The position numbers and the translations under genes are program-made. The notes beneath the pieces were generated by a model, which did not search any database, was not told the DNA's origin, and saw only the letters and a list, made by a program, of their open reading frames with translations. This document shows positions 26,997 to 35,690 of a DNA stretch of 64,000 nt, piece after piece. Source of the stretch: Candidatus Caldarchaeum sp. (GTDB lineage Archaea > Thermoproteota > Nitrososphaeria_A > Caldarchaeales > Caldarchaeaceae); the NCBI GenBank assembly GCA_038844785.1, contig JAWBRA010000002.1:4237-68236 (forward strand), written 5' to 3'. How positions within the stretch are numbered: position 1 is the first letter of the stretch; every line of letters starts with the position of its first letter.

Positions 26997-28010
26997 TTGA
27001 TGAGGATAGCCGTCGTAGGCCTGGGTGTGGCTGGATCGTATCTCGTTAGGAGATTGTCGCAGTTGGGCTTTGATGTTGTGGGGTTTGAGAGACAGCCTCG
27101 CGAAGGTTTTAAAGCAATTTGTGCGTGGGGAACTGTAAGGCAGGTGGCGAAACAAATTCTTGAGAAGGTCGGCTTCAATTTCGAGGATTATCTTCTGCAT
27201 CTAGGTGAGCACCTAACCTTGGACAACGGCAAACAGAGGTCGACAATCCCTTTGAAAGGTTTATGCACTTACGACAAAGCCCGTCTTGAGCTCGACCTCA
27301 CTAAAGGCCTTAGAGTTTTCTACGGCGTAACACCAGACCGTGAGAAACTTGTAAGAGAATTCGACCTCGTCATAGACGCCACCGGTGTTTCACGAGCCCT
27401 TCTCCCCAGGCCAGCTCAGGACGAAGTTGTCCCCTGCTTTGAGTATAGAATAAAATATGGTGGGGAAAAGCCGTTAACAGATTTTTACGTCAAAATATTT
27501 AGAAACTGTAACGGCTATCTTTGGTATTTTCCGCTTGGCGACAACGAGGCCTACGTAGGCGCAGGCGACATTTCAAACAACCATGTCCGTGAAGTCAATG
27601 CCTTCGTCGCTCAAAACGGTGGAAAAATTGTCGGAAAATATGGTAGGGCGGTGAGGATAGCTCCTCCCGAGCTGAGTACTCCTTTCTCAAACGGTAAAAT
27701 AGTCGGCGTAGGGGAGTCAATCGGCACCGTCTTCCCAATGCTCGGTGAAGGAATCCTCCCAAGCCTTGAATGTGCTGAAATCTTCCTCGAAACACTCGAG
27801 GAACCTGAGAGGTATGCTGGAAGAGTGCTTGAATTCTTCAAGCCTTACTCGGACATCTACAGGATGGTTAAGCTTAAGCAGGCTGGGGAGCTAAACCTAG
27901 TCAGACATCTCCCCCTCATCATGCGCTGTTACAAGTATATGAAGGATAGAGAGGATAGGTTTGGGATGGTGATTAGAAAGAGCGACCTTTACTTAATACT
28001 GCAGTCGTAG
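26997..28010 (+). CDS. FAD/NAD(P)-binding oxidoreductase (geranylgeranyl-reductase-like family)
   Basis: 337 aa. N-terminal dinucleotide fold IAVVGLGVAGSYL and GD/GE motif near VGESIG. Confidence 0.55.
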   Translation: MMRIAVVGLGVAGSYLVRRLSQLGFDVVGFERQPREGFKAICAWGTVRQVAKQILEKVGFNFEDYLLHLGEHLTLDNGKQRSTIPLKGLCTYDKARLELDLTKGLRVFYGVTPDREKLVREFDLVIDATGVSRALLPRPAQDEVVPCFEYRIKYGGEKPLTDFYVKIFRNCNGYLWYFPLGDNEAYVGAGDISNNHVREVNAFVAQNGGKIVGKYGRAVRIAPPELSTPFSNGKIVGVGESIGTVFPMLGEGILPSLECAEIFLETLEEPERYAGRVLEFFKPYSDIYRMVKLKQAGELNLVRHLPLIMRCYKYMKDREDRFGMVIRKSDLYLILQS

Positions 28011-28146
28011 CTCGCAAGGTTTATAAAAAGCCTTTCAACCCGGTTTTGCAAGGTGGTCGGAGCTAAAGCTGGTTTGCCGAAACTGTGGAGCTGAGTTCCC
28101 CCCGGAGCTGAGAAACGTATGCGACAGATGCCTCGGCGCCCTTGAC

Positions 28147-29289
28147 GTGGTCTATGAAAACGTAAGCCACGGCCTACGGGATAGGCTGAAGTCTAGCATC
28201 GTCAGAGGAGTTTGGCGCTATGCGGAGCTCCTGCCGGTCGACAAAAAGTTTTGGGTGGATATTGGCGCTGGAGGAACCCCGCTTGTCAAGGCACGGGAGC
28301 TTGCTAAAGCTGTTGGCATCCGAAACCTTTACATAAAAAACGACACGGTAAACCCGACTTTTTCGTTCAAAGACAGACCTGCCTCCGTAGCTGTCTCTAA
28401 GGCTAGAGAGTTCGGGATAGGTCTTGTCGGATGTGCGTCAACAGGCAACCTTGCGTCGGCAACCCTAGCCCATGCGGCAGCGGCCGGGTTGACAGGGTTT
28501 GTGTTAATGCCTGATACTGTGGAGCTGCCTAAGGTGAAGCAAGCCTCGGTTTACGGTGGCAGGGTTATATTAGTCGACGGAACCTACGACGACGTAAACA
28601 GGCTGGCCTACATACTCGTTGACAGGGCCGACGTAGGCATAGTAAACGTGAACCTAAGGCCTTACTATGTAGAGGGGTCCAAGACCATGATTTTTGAAAC
28701 TGTGGAGCAGCTGGGTTGGAGGGCTCCTCAACACCTCGTAGTTCCAATGGCCAGCGGCGCTTTGTTCGGAGCATTGCATAAAGGGCTTAAAGAAATGGAA
28801 AAGTTTGGAGTTATAAACTCAGCTGACACCGTGTTCCACGGAGTCCAGCCGGATGGATGCTCGCCAATCTCTAAAGCTTTTGAGACAGGTTCCGATGAGA
28901 TAAAGCCTGTTAAAACACCGAACACCTTGGTTAAGAGCCTTGCAATAGGAGCTCCTGGCGACGGCCTATATGCCTTATCTGTCGCAAGAAATACTGGCGG
29001 AACCTGTCAAACCGTCTCCGACGAAGAGACTGTTGAGGCGGTAAAGCTTCTCAGCAAATACGCTGGAATATTCGCCGAGCCAGGGGGCGCTATCACCCTA
29101 GCCGCTGTTAAGAAAATGAGGGGTGAAGGTGTGTTAGATGAGGGTGATGAGGTTGTTTGCTGCGTTACGGGAGCAGGCTTCAAAGCAGACGAAGTCATAG
29201 AAAGGATAACTGGCTACATGCATGTGGTGCCAGCTAAACTAGACAACATCCTTGAGGCCCTGAACACTAGCCATATTATAACAGAGTAA
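28147..29289 (+). CDS. thrC: threonine synthase (PLP-dependent); 5' end unresolved
   Basis: PLP-lysine motif FSFKDRPAS and GNLA, CVTGAGFK motifs. The open frame continues upstream to about 28063 and encodes the family's Zn-ribbon (LKLVCRNCG...CDRC), but has no in-frame ATG/GTG/TTG there. Confidence 0.8.
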   Translation: MVYENVSHGLRDRLKSSIVRGVWRYAELLPVDKKFWVDIGAGGTPLVKARELAKAVGIRNLYIKNDTVNPTFSFKDRPASVAVSKAREFGIGLVGCASTGNLASATLAHAAAAGLTGFVLMPDTVELPKVKQASVYGGRVILVDGTYDDVNRLAYILVDRADVGIVNVNLRPYYVEGSKTMIFETVEQLGWRAPQHLVVPMASGALFGALHKGLKEMEKFGVINSADTVFHGVQPDGCSPISKAFETGSDEIKPVKTPNTLVKSLAIGAPGDGLYALSVARNTGGTCQTVSDEETVEAVKLLSKYAGIFAEPGGAITLAAVKKMRGEGVLDEGDEVVCCVTGAGFKADEVIERITGYMHVVPAKLDNILEALNTSHIITE

Positions 29290-29297
29290 CCGTAGTT

Positions 29298-29816
29298 TTA
29301 TTTCTTGAAGTATTTTTCCACCGGCTTCGTCGAGTACACCACTATTACTTCTTCTCTGAATTTTCTGTTTGGCACAAGTATTATGCATTCGTCGCCGGAT
29401 ATAACGACCCGTGTCAACGTAATGTCTATTATCTTGCCTCTCTTACCCTCCAACTCCACCTCGCTTCCTATGTTTATCCTCGGGTCTAGCGCTATTGATA
29501 TGCCTGAAAGAATGTCTGAGACCCAGGGGACAAGCGCTAAAGCGAATAGAAGCCCAAGGGCGCCTGCGGTGGCCAAAACTCCTACTACAAACTCGAAGAA
29601 TCTCCAGAGGTATGCAACGTATCCGACATAGCCCGCCGCCAACATGACCAAAACAACGTACAGAATTTTCCTGTGTTCCTGCCTAAACCTTCTTCTAAGA
29701 ATATATCTGATGGCTATAGCGATAACGGCAAACACTGCTGTCGCGGCTAGGGTTAACGAAAACGCGGCGGAAGACATGCATATCAATTTCCAATTTAGAC
29801 TTTTTACCTTTTCCAA
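29298..29816 (-). CDS. small MscS-family mechanosensitive channel
   Basis: 172 aa. Three TM helices, then the MscS beta-domain pattern ISGISIALDPRINIGSEVELEGKRGKIIDITLTRVVI. Confidence 0.6.
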   Translation of the reverse strand: MEKVKSLNWKLICMSSAAFSLTLAATAVFAVIAIAIRYILRRRFRQEHRKILYVVLVMLAAGYVGYVAYLWRFFEFVVGVLATAGALGLLFALALVPWVSDILSGISIALDPRINIGSEVELEGKRGKIIDITLTRVVISGDECIILVPNRKFREEVIVVYSTKPVEKYFKK

Positions 29817-29866
29817 AACGCTCAGAGCTCAAGATCTAGATCACCGAATCAGCCTGGTCAGACTCA

Positions 29867-30414
29867 TCATCGCAACACTAATTTGAACATTGGGTCTCTT
29901 AAGCCTTTTGCATGCAGAAGCTGCAAGCCAATCGATAGTGTCCGGATAAGGATGGTCAGCCGCCTCCATCCTTCATGCTTTGGTGGTATAAGGTTTGTTA
30001 TTCCGTGTGAATGGCTTCTGGCGCTAAGCTTGTTGTTGAACACAGCCGTCCCCTCCTTCAGGTGTCTGAACAACCTCTCCCTTTGACGCTCATACTCTAG
30101 GCCAAGCCTCTGTAGAACCCATCGATACCATAGACCCTTATCGACCAAACCCCCGGCTTGTCAGCCCAAAGCCTTCTTAAGGCAGCTCCTGCCGTAAGAG
30201 CCAGCAACCCCTGGAACCTACGTCTACGGCTATGCATCTCCTTGCTTTAGGCTCGATGGCTAGGCTTAAGAGCTTGGAGACCATCCTAACGAAATTCATT
30301 AAGCGTAGGCCTACCGCTGGAAGGGTATACCGCTGTTATCCCGCCTGCATAGACGTCGACAGCAACCCATACCCAGGCCCTCCCGACGAGATATGGAACA
30401 AACCCCTGACAGGC
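29867..30414 (-). pseudogene. degraded DDE transposase (archaeal IS6/ISC-like motif order), multiple stops and frameshifts
   Basis: Minus-strand frames give AWVWVAVDVYAGGITAVY..GRPTLNEF (30289-30414). A different frame gives VDKGLWYRWVLQRLGLEYERQRERLFRHLKEGTAVFNN (29867-30148). These fit the first-Asp, D..WY and ER..LK.RT blocks in the expected order. No intact ORF. Confidence 0.4.
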
Positions 30415-30701
30415 TCATGGCTTATCTGCAATCCTACCTGGCATTATCCTTCTGAGGCTGAGCCCCTCCGGCCATAGACCTTCAGTTCTGGGATGTTTGG
30501 CTGGCTGGGCCGCTGTCCAGCCTAACCCCCTCTTCAACGGCTCTTCTACCCGCCGGTGGACTGTTCGGGCGAGAACACATTGTTTTTAAGGTTTTCGGAA
30601 CGGGCTGGGCAAGGTTTAAATAAAAGCCTCAAACAATCAACGCCTTAAAACGGGCACGCCAAACGGCGTAAAACCCCGAAAAACCCAGAAAAAACACAGC
30701 A

Positions 30702-30796
30702 GTAATCCCGCAAGAGGGAATTGAGATTTATAGACAGCACAATCCTGACGTTGATAAGCAACCGGAGTTGAGTGATCCCGCGAGAGGGAAGAGTCT
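30702..30796 (+). CRISPR. orphan two-repeat CRISPR-like remnant (one 45-nt spacer)
   Basis: GTAATCCCGCAAGAGGGAATTGAGA (30702-30726) and GTGATCCCGCGAGAGGGAAGAGTCT (30772-30796). They match at 19 of the first 21 positions, with an internal TCCC/GGGA stem and a 70-nt period. The first repeat resembles crenarchaeal repeats of the ..AATCCC....GGAATTGAAAG type. The second is degenerate at its 3' end, as terminal repeats usually are. Confidence 0.45.
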
Positions 30797-30959
30797 TCAA
30801 TCTTTCGAAGTGGGAACGGTCGGGCAATCTCTCATAACCCTCGCGCCCTATACACCAGTCGTGTATCTAAGGGAGAGCAGCATCCCCGGCTTAACACAGC
30901 TCATTAAGGCATCCGATACAGCGACTAGATAGCCGGCTAAGCCGGGATGTGACAGGTTT

Positions 30960-31946
30960 TCACATGCTCCACAGACCGTCGGATATTGACGTCAATTTTT
31001 TCTTGACGGTTTTCCAGTCAGCATCTTCAGCTAGGCTATACTCTGTGGTTGTATGTTGGACTGCATAGCCGGCTTCGGCGAGGAAGTCCAGGTGTGAGAG
31101 AGTTTCAAGTATTGCAAGCCATTTGTCGAACGGCCATAGGCTACTGTAGCTGCCTTTAGACCATTTTATTTCGTTGGCGACCTCTAAAGGAGTCTTCATA
31201 CCTCTCCGCAATGCTTGAGCTGTTTGAGAAAGCCTTTCAAAATGATGTGAGAAAATCTCCTTCACACGGGGGCGGCAGTCCTTGAAGACAGCCCCATGCG
31301 AGGGCAGAATCAGGCTTACGTTAAGCCTCGCTACCCTGACGAGGCTCCTCAAATAATCTGAGAGAGGGTGATAGCCGTCTATCGGCACGTAGGCAACGTT
31401 TGAGGTATCGTCGCTCAATATCAGGTCTCCTGTGATTGCTGCTTCTTCGCCTACCAGAACGACGTGACCCGGTGTGTGGCCGGGAGTGTGCAAAACCCGC
31501 CAAGAGCCTAGCATCATGCCTTCGTAGGCAAATGCATCCGGCTCGGGAATGGTCTTTAGATAGCTTAAAGCCGCTTTCAAGGAGAAGAGCTCTTCTCCTT
31601 GAAAGATTCTTGACAGCCATGAGTCGGCCTTAAGAGCCTGTCTAAGTGTATGAAGTTCCTTTTCGTGGAAGACCAGCTTTGCGGCTTTGTTTGCTTTGAC
31701 TGCGGATGCGCCGCCTGAATGGTCTAAGTGGAGATGGGTCAAAACAGTCTTTGAGATCATGTATTTTTCAACTATGCGCAGTAGGTCGTTAACCGTTTTC
31801 CGATAGCCAGTGTCAACCAAATAGTAGCCGTCGATGTTCTTTAGTAAAAAGCATCTCACGGGTTTTTCAACGTCCATGTCGAGCTCTATTGCCTTAACCC
31901 CTGGGATGGGTTGCCAGACCTCAGTCAACCCAAGAAAACGTCTCAA
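30960..31946 (-). CDS. MBL-fold metallo-hydrolase
   Basis: 328 aa with HLHLDHSGG and a downstream His/Asp ligand pattern. Confidence 0.8.
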   Translation of the reverse strand: MRRFLGLTEVWQPIPGVKAIELDMDVEKPVRCFLLKNIDGYYLVDTGYRKTVNDLLRIVEKYMISKTVLTHLHLDHSGGASAVKANKAAKLVFHEKELHTLRQALKADSWLSRIFQGEELFSLKAALSYLKTIPEPDAFAYEGMMLGSWRVLHTPGHTPGHVVLVGEEAAITGDLILSDDTSNVAYVPIDGYHPLSDYLRSLVRVARLNVSLILPSHGAVFKDCRPRVKEIFSHHFERLSQTAQALRRGMKTPLEVANEIKWSKGSYSSLWPFDKWLAILETLSHLDFLAEAGYAVQHTTTEYSLAEDADWKTVKKKLTSISDGLWSM

Positions 31947-31990
31947 CGCATGATTTAACTCTCAAAACATGATGTTATTATAGAAGCTGG

Positions 31991-33196
31991 CTAGGTGTGA
32001 GGGTTCTTGCCTCGGAAGAAGACGTAGAAGAGGAATACAGCGACGCCGTAGAAGATTCCGCAGAGGTAGAAGGGTAGGGAGAGAGAAACATTCTGCATTA
32101 AATACCCTCCAACGGTAGGCGTAGCAGCGTTTGGAACACTCCATGTGATCGCCATCACGCCCGACGAAGTCGCCCGCTCCTCAGGGTCGGTTAAACCTAG
32201 AATGAGCGATATGACGAGCGGGTTAACCATGTTCATAAACAAGCCTCTCAAAACGACGATAACCCCTGCTACGGCGTAACTTTCAGCAAGGGGGATCAAA
32301 ACCAGCAATATTGTAGCAAGAGTCTGGGAATAAACTATTGTGCGAACTACTCCGAAGGATTCAGCAAGCCTTGGAGCCAAAAGGAAAGAAAACAAGAGAG
32401 TTATGTTTGCCACTGCATAAAGTGGCGCAAGCACGTTTTCATCAACTTTGAATCTGAGATAAAACCAGTATGGAAAGAGGGGTATAACCAATCCAGCTCC
32501 CAACGCAAAAAGCGCCTGGACAACGCTGATTCTGCTTATGACGTGTATAGACTTTCTGGGAAGGAAGCTGCGTTTGCCGTCGACGACCAAATCTTCTTTG
32601 ACTAAGGCGAAGACAGGTGCAGCGAACATGGGCATAATGGCTGCTACGGCGATCACAGGTTTGTAGGAATCCAACTCGTTGAATGCAAGCTGTGTTCTTA
32701 ACAGGGGTGGAAGCCATGCCAGCAAAGACGCTGCAACAATTCCAATCATGTTGACAGCAGAGCTCAAGCTGAAGACAGCGTTTCTCCTCTCGGGCAGAGT
32801 AACGTTAGCCATCCAAGCAGAGAAAGGCGCGTAAAACATGCTCATGGCAAGCCCGAGTACTATGCTAACGAGGAGAACATGGATGAACCTCGTAAACACT
32901 ATGTAGCCTAGAAAAGAAGCTCCAGCGAGAAGAGATGCGGACGTAACGAATTTTTTCCTGCCATATCTATCGGCCAGCATTCCAAGAGGCGGGGATAGAA
33001 AAGCCGCAGTAAGCTGTCCGGCTGTGATTATCATTCCTACTTGAGTTCCATCCATGCCAGCCTTGGCGAAGAATATGGGGAGAACCAGCTGCATCAAACC
33101 CATCTGAAACATGAAAAAAGCTTGACCAGTTATGAGTAACTTAACATCTTTGCCGAGTCCTACGAAGTACGAGAATGTCTTTATAAAGACCGTCAT
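31991..33196 (-). CDS. MFS transporter
   Basis: 401 aa, about 12 TM segments, loop 2-3 motif GMLADRYGRKK. Confidence 0.85.
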   Translation of the reverse strand: MTVFIKTFSYFVGLGKDVKLLITGQAFFMFQMGLMQLVLPIFFAKAGMDGTQVGMIITAGQLTAAFLSPPLGMLADRYGRKKFVTSASLLAGASFLGYIVFTRFIHVLLVSIVLGLAMSMFYAPFSAWMANVTLPERRNAVFSLSSAVNMIGIVAASLLAWLPPLLRTQLAFNELDSYKPVIAVAAIMPMFAAPVFALVKEDLVVDGKRSFLPRKSIHVISRISVVQALFALGAGLVIPLFPYWFYLRFKVDENVLAPLYAVANITLLFSFLLAPRLAESFGVVRTIVYSQTLATILLVLIPLAESYAVAGVIVVLRGLFMNMVNPLVISLILGLTDPEERATSSGVMAITWSVPNAATPTVGGYLMQNVSLSLPFYLCGIFYGVAVFLFYVFFRGKNPHT

Positions 33197-33319
33197 CGGT
33201 TAACTGTTTGAAAACAGCTAACTTTAAGGGTATAGAACGGTTTTGGATTTAAGAGTAGTCCCACTTTCAGCCATCTCTCAATCTTTTATGCCGGCGGTGG
33301 TAGAAGATATTGGCAGGTT

Positions 33320-34492
33320 ATGCCGGTCTTCAAGAATGAGGAGAAGCTCTCCCCCGAATACGTTCCCGAAAAGCTTCTCTACAGGGAGGAAGAGCTTAAA
33401 CTTCTCAACTCTTTCTTCTCCTCACTTCTAACCGATGAGAGGCCTTTCCAGGTGAGAGTTTTCATATCGGGCGCGGTTGGCACTGGGAAGACAAGCCTTG
33501 CAAAGCTCTTCGGCCAACGTATAGAGCGTGAAGCTAGGAGGATTGGGAAAAAAATCAGGTACATCCACGTCAACTGCAGGATAAACAAATCTCTCTACAC
33601 CGTTTTAAGGAAAGTTGTTGAACAACTCGGCGTCAACCTTCCTAGAAGAGGCTACTCCGACGAGGAAATCCTCGAAATACTGGTGAGGTTCCTGCGGCTA
33701 AACAACGTTAGGCTGATCCTGTGCTTAGACGAGGTCGAAGCCCTCATCTCTGAAGAAGGCGGAGGACCGATATACTTGCTGACTAGAAGCGGCGAAGACA
33801 TAGAGGATGGTAGCTTGATCTCGGCTATACTCATCTTTAGGGAGCCTGATTTTCTAGAAAGGCTGGATGCGCAGACATTAAGCGGGCTTGGGGGAAACAA
33901 CATACATCTAAACGAATATGACTACACCCAGTTGTTTGAAATCCTTCGATACAGGGCTTCCGAAGCCTTTTACAAAAACGCAATATCTGATGAGGTGCTC
34001 GAGTTTCTTGCAGAGGCTGCGGCCGAGCGGAAAGACGCACGCTACGCCATAGACCTTCTTTGGAGGTCTGGAAAGTATGCGGAAGCAGAGGGGAGCGAAA
34101 CTGTGACAGCGGAGCATGTCAGGAAGGCATTGGCTAGCGTGTACCCAACCATCAGAAGGGAAAACCTCTCATACCTGAAGCGTGACGAGAAGCTTGTTTT
34201 GCTTGCTTCCGCTAGGAGTCTTGCGGGAAACAAGACAGCTGTAACCGCTGCCGAGCTCTTCCAACACTACAAAGTCGTCTGCGAGGAGATGGGGGACGAG
34301 GCGAAGGGCTACACGACTTTCTGGGAGACCCTTCAGCAGCTGCAGGACCTGGGGTTTTTGAGGCTGATTATTAGGAGTGAGGGGGCTAGGGGTAGGAAGA
34401 CGTACGTATACCTACCCGGCATACCTGTCCAGCTGCTTGAAAGGGAGCTGGTCAAAGACCTTAGCCGCGAGTTTTCCCACGAGGTTTTCTAG
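33320..34492 (+). CDS. orc1: Orc1/Cdc6 replication initiator
   Basis: 390 aa. Walker A GAVGTGKT, Walker B LDEVE, C-terminal winged helix. Confidence 0.9.
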   Translation: MPVFKNEEKLSPEYVPEKLLYREEELKLLNSFFSSLLTDERPFQVRVFISGAVGTGKTSLAKLFGQRIEREARRIGKKIRYIHVNCRINKSLYTVLRKVVEQLGVNLPRRGYSDEEILEILVRFLRLNNVRLILCLDEVEALISEEGGGPIYLLTRSGEDIEDGSLISAILIFREPDFLERLDAQTLSGLGGNNIHLNEYDYTQLFEILRYRASEAFYKNAISDEVLEFLAEAAAERKDARYAIDLLWRSGKYAEAEGSETVTAEHVRKALASVYPTIRRENLSYLKRDEKLVLLASARSLAGNKTAVTAAELFQHYKVVCEEMGDEAKGYTTFWETLQQLQDLGFLRLIIRSEGARGRKTYVYLPGIPVQLLERELVKDLSREFSHEVF

Positions 34493-35690
34493 CCTCAGAC
34501 CCTCGGAGATATTCGAGCTCTTTCTTGGTGAAGCCGAAGAAATCGGCCATTTCCATTCCGTCGGAGCTCAACATTATTTTTACGAAGGGAAGAGCCTCTG
34601 TCCTCGCCTTCCTGCTGGACATGTGGAGTGCTTTCCCCAGCTTCTGGCAGATGCTCTCAACGAGCTCTCTTTCACCCCGTGTCTGGCTTAGATATCTTAT
34701 TCTGCTCGGGTAGCTGAATTTCACAAACTTGGCAGGCGTCTGCTTCCTAGCCAGCGCAACACCCGCAGTCATGAAAGGCACAGCATACCTCAGCAGATGC
34801 CAAGCCTGTTTAGAGCTGACCCTCTGCAGAAACAAGTCAGCCTTTGAAAGGTTTTCCAAAGCTATTGCTAGGTCATGCGGCGAAAGCTGTTCCGGAGCAT
34901 TGTCTAAAACCCATGTGAAAAACTCCGCGGGGTCTAAGTCAAGGTTGTTCAAAGCGTAAACAGCGTTGTTGAAGCTTTTCGCGTGGAATACAGTAGCCAA
35001 CGCATTAAACACTTCGTTCTTTCTGTCCCTGCTTCCGACCTCAAGCCCCGTGTCTGAAGCAGAGGCGTAAATTTGAAGATCGTTTATGGCCGACCTGAGG
35101 TCTCCTCCAGAGTTTTCAGCTATTTCCTTGATTTTTTCCTCTGGGATTTTCAGCCCTTCCGCCATTGCTATCTTCTTTATGTGCGCTGCTACCGTGGGTT
35201 TTGGGATTCTTCTAAACTGTATCATCTGGCATATCTCTCTGAGGGGTGCGAGCTTAGGGTCCCAGGGGTCGTTGGCGACCATGACTATAGGTACATGGCT
35301 TTCCGCGACTATCTGGACGAGGGTCTGCACAGCCCCAGCGTCAGCGCGGGCCTCTATGCCGTCAACCTCGTCTATGAGGATGATCTTACCCTTAGCCGCT
35401 GTTACCGAGGCCTGGGATGAGGCTGCGCCCACGATCCGTACAACGTTTTCACGTGTTCTGAAATCGCTCGCGTTCATCTCGATTACTTCCCAGCCGTGCT
35501 CTTTTGCGTAGGCGTGTACAAGCGAGGTTTTGCCTACCCCCGCTGGACCATACAATAGTGCTGCCTTTTTCGACTGCCTGCGTTTAAGCCAGCCCTCAAC
35601 CCATCCCAAGAACTCGGCTACAGCCTCTTTATTACCCGCTATTTCCGACACTTTCGAGGGCCTGTATTTCTCGGTCCAGAGTAGGGTCAC
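34461..35690 (-). CDS. rfcL: replication factor C large subunit
   Basis: 409 aa. WTEKYRP, GPAGVGKTS, IILIDEVD. Confidence 0.9.
   Translation of the reverse strand: MTLLWTEKYRPSKVSEIAGNKEAVAEFLGWVEGWLKRRQSKKAALLYGPAGVGKTSLVHAYAKEHGWEVIEMNASDFRTRENVVRIVGAASSQASVTAAKGKIILIDEVDGIEARADAGAVQTLVQIVAESHVPIVMVANDPWDPKLAPLREICQMIQFRRIPKPTVAAHIKKIAMAEGLKIPEEKIKEIAENSGGDLRSAINDLQIYASASDTGLEVGSRDRKNEVFNALATVFHAKSFNNAVYALNNLDLDPAEFFTWVLDNAPEQLSPHDLAIALENLSKADLFLQRVSSKQAWHLLRYAVPFMTAGVALARKQTPAKFVKFSYPSRIRYLSQTRGERELVESICQKLGKALHMSSRKARTEALPFVKIMLSSDGMEMADFFGFTKKELEYLRGSEARKPRGKTRG

Noticed and set aside
26886-27200. ORFs of 102 and 64 aa on the minus strand in and around the gins23 / oxidoreductase spacer.
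   Set aside because: They overlap the 5' end of the well-supported plus-strand oxidoreductase and have no motif support.
30841-30885. A possible third, highly degenerate CRISPR repeat (GTGTATCTAAGGGAGAGCAG).
   Set aside because: It is offset 89 nt from repeat 2, not the 70-nt period, and only scattered positions match.
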